From: Thermoproteota archaeon
GTDB lineage: Archaea > Korarchaeota > Korarchaeia > B14-G2
Assembly: GCA_037917675.1 (NCBI GenBank)
Contig: JAVCBW010000024.1
Span: 1 to 37,163 of the forward strand
Length of the DNA stretch: 37,163 nucleotides
Direction: 5' to 3'
The position numbers and the translations under genes were made by a program. Positions 36,323-37,163 of the stretch are shown piece by piece. The notes below the pieces were generated by a model. The model was not told the origin of the DNA. It was given only the letters and a program-made list of their open reading frames with translations, and ran no database searches. Every line of letters starts with the position of its first letter. Position 1 is the stretch's first letter.

Positions 36323-36892
36323 ATGAAGACTCTAGCTGATGTCAGGTTGCATGCAAGGTTAGCTAAACTTGTTTCAGCTACTATACAGCCTCCTTCAATG
36401 GCTGTCTTAGCCATAGCTGTTATTGCAAGTGAATACAGGCTAGATGCCTTAGCTGTTGTGGTAGCTCTAGTCTTCATCGCTATTCTCCCTGTAGTCCCTG
36501 TGGTAGCTGGTGTAGCAGGTGATAGAACTGATCTGAGTGTCTCCAAGAGAGAGGAGAGACCCTGTTATCTAGCTGCAGCTCTGGTCTCATACATACTTGC
36601 GCTAGCTCTCCTTGATGGAGCTCAGCCGCTTGCTAGGCTTGCCAGAGCTTACCTTATGACTACAGTAGGCATACTAGCTGCCAGCCTCAGGTTTAAGGTA
36701 AGCATCCATGTAGCATGAGTTGTAGGGCCTACCATAGCTTTAGCCTTTGAAACTAGAGCATCCTACCTGCTACTCCTACTACTTCCAGTAGTCTGGTGGG
36801 CTAGGCTTAAGCTTAAAGCACATGATAGCAGGGAGCTAGCTCTAGGAGCTGCTATAGCAGCCTTACTTACAGTTCTAAGCTACACGCTATAG
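36323..36892 (+). pseudogene. PAP2-like membrane protein interrupted by an in-frame TGA
   Basis: After KVSIHVA and TGA (36716-36718) the frame continues VVGPTIALAF...LLPVVWWARLKLKAHDSRELALGAA...TL to TAG at 36890-36892. Confidence 0.8.
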
Positions 36893-37163
36893 CTTAAGCT
36901 AACTCTACAACATGCTCTAGGGAAGTTGAGGAGAGCACACATGTAGAATGCGACAGATGCTTCTAAGGAACTCTACTAGCTGAAGTATATTGCTCTTAGC
37001 CGACATGAGCTATATTAGCTTTAAGTCGCTGTAAGATGCTAGCTAAGCTGTATGCTATCTTAAGGCTGCGAACTCTGCTAGCATGTAGGGTTTAGAGCTC
37101 CATATAGAGGAGACAATATGAAGTGTGTGATAGTGAGCATGTGGTGAATAGCTGTAGGGAAAG

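Noticed and set aside
856-36546. Numerous Ser/Leu/Pro-rich ORFs antisense to or nested in called genes
   Set aside because: Shadow frames of genes with clear family motifs.
36716-36718. Selenocysteine recoding of the in-frame TGA
   Set aside because: The position is not a Cys-equivalent site and no archaeal SECIS-like hairpin was seen downstream.
36893-37163. Terminal intergenic stretch with a short SD-preceded ORF (MKCVIVSMW)
   Set aside because: Too short, with no supporting features.

Overview
Gene-dense window from an archaeal chromosome, probably a TACK/Thermoproteota-type anaerobe (inferred from GGTG/GGAGG Shine-Dalgarno motifs, TATA boxes, idsA-ipk, DUF35, porCDAB, and methanogenesis-marker-2-like and Arcadin-1-like genes). 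Most of it is housekeeping: pyrimidine synthesis (pyrC, pyrF, pyrBI), a 2-oxoacid:ferredoxin oxidoreductase operon, isoprenoid genes, an acyl-CoA ligase plus 2-hydroxyacyl-CoA dehydratase/benzoyl-CoA-reductase-like cluster with activase, a Zn/Mn ABC transporter and three peptidases. No CRISPR array, tRNA, rRNA or transposase was seen. The most interesting part is 30.7-35.2 kb. It holds a TsaA/TrmO-cytidine deaminase fusion and an uncharacterised PD-(D/E)xK-like gene whose 3' end carries an exact 25-nt copy of the neighbouring peptidase active-site sequence. It also holds a ~140-nt almost fully paired Y-shaped RNA candidate that I cannot assign, divergent from that gene, and an archaeal TPP riboswitch with a visible SD-sequestering platform upstream of cytX. 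Also seen: an H/ACA-like K-loop sRNA candidate, a 70-nt identical tract in two diverged DUF35 paralogs, and several decaying genes missed or truncated by the ORF track. All family calls are from motif recognition by eye, without database searches.
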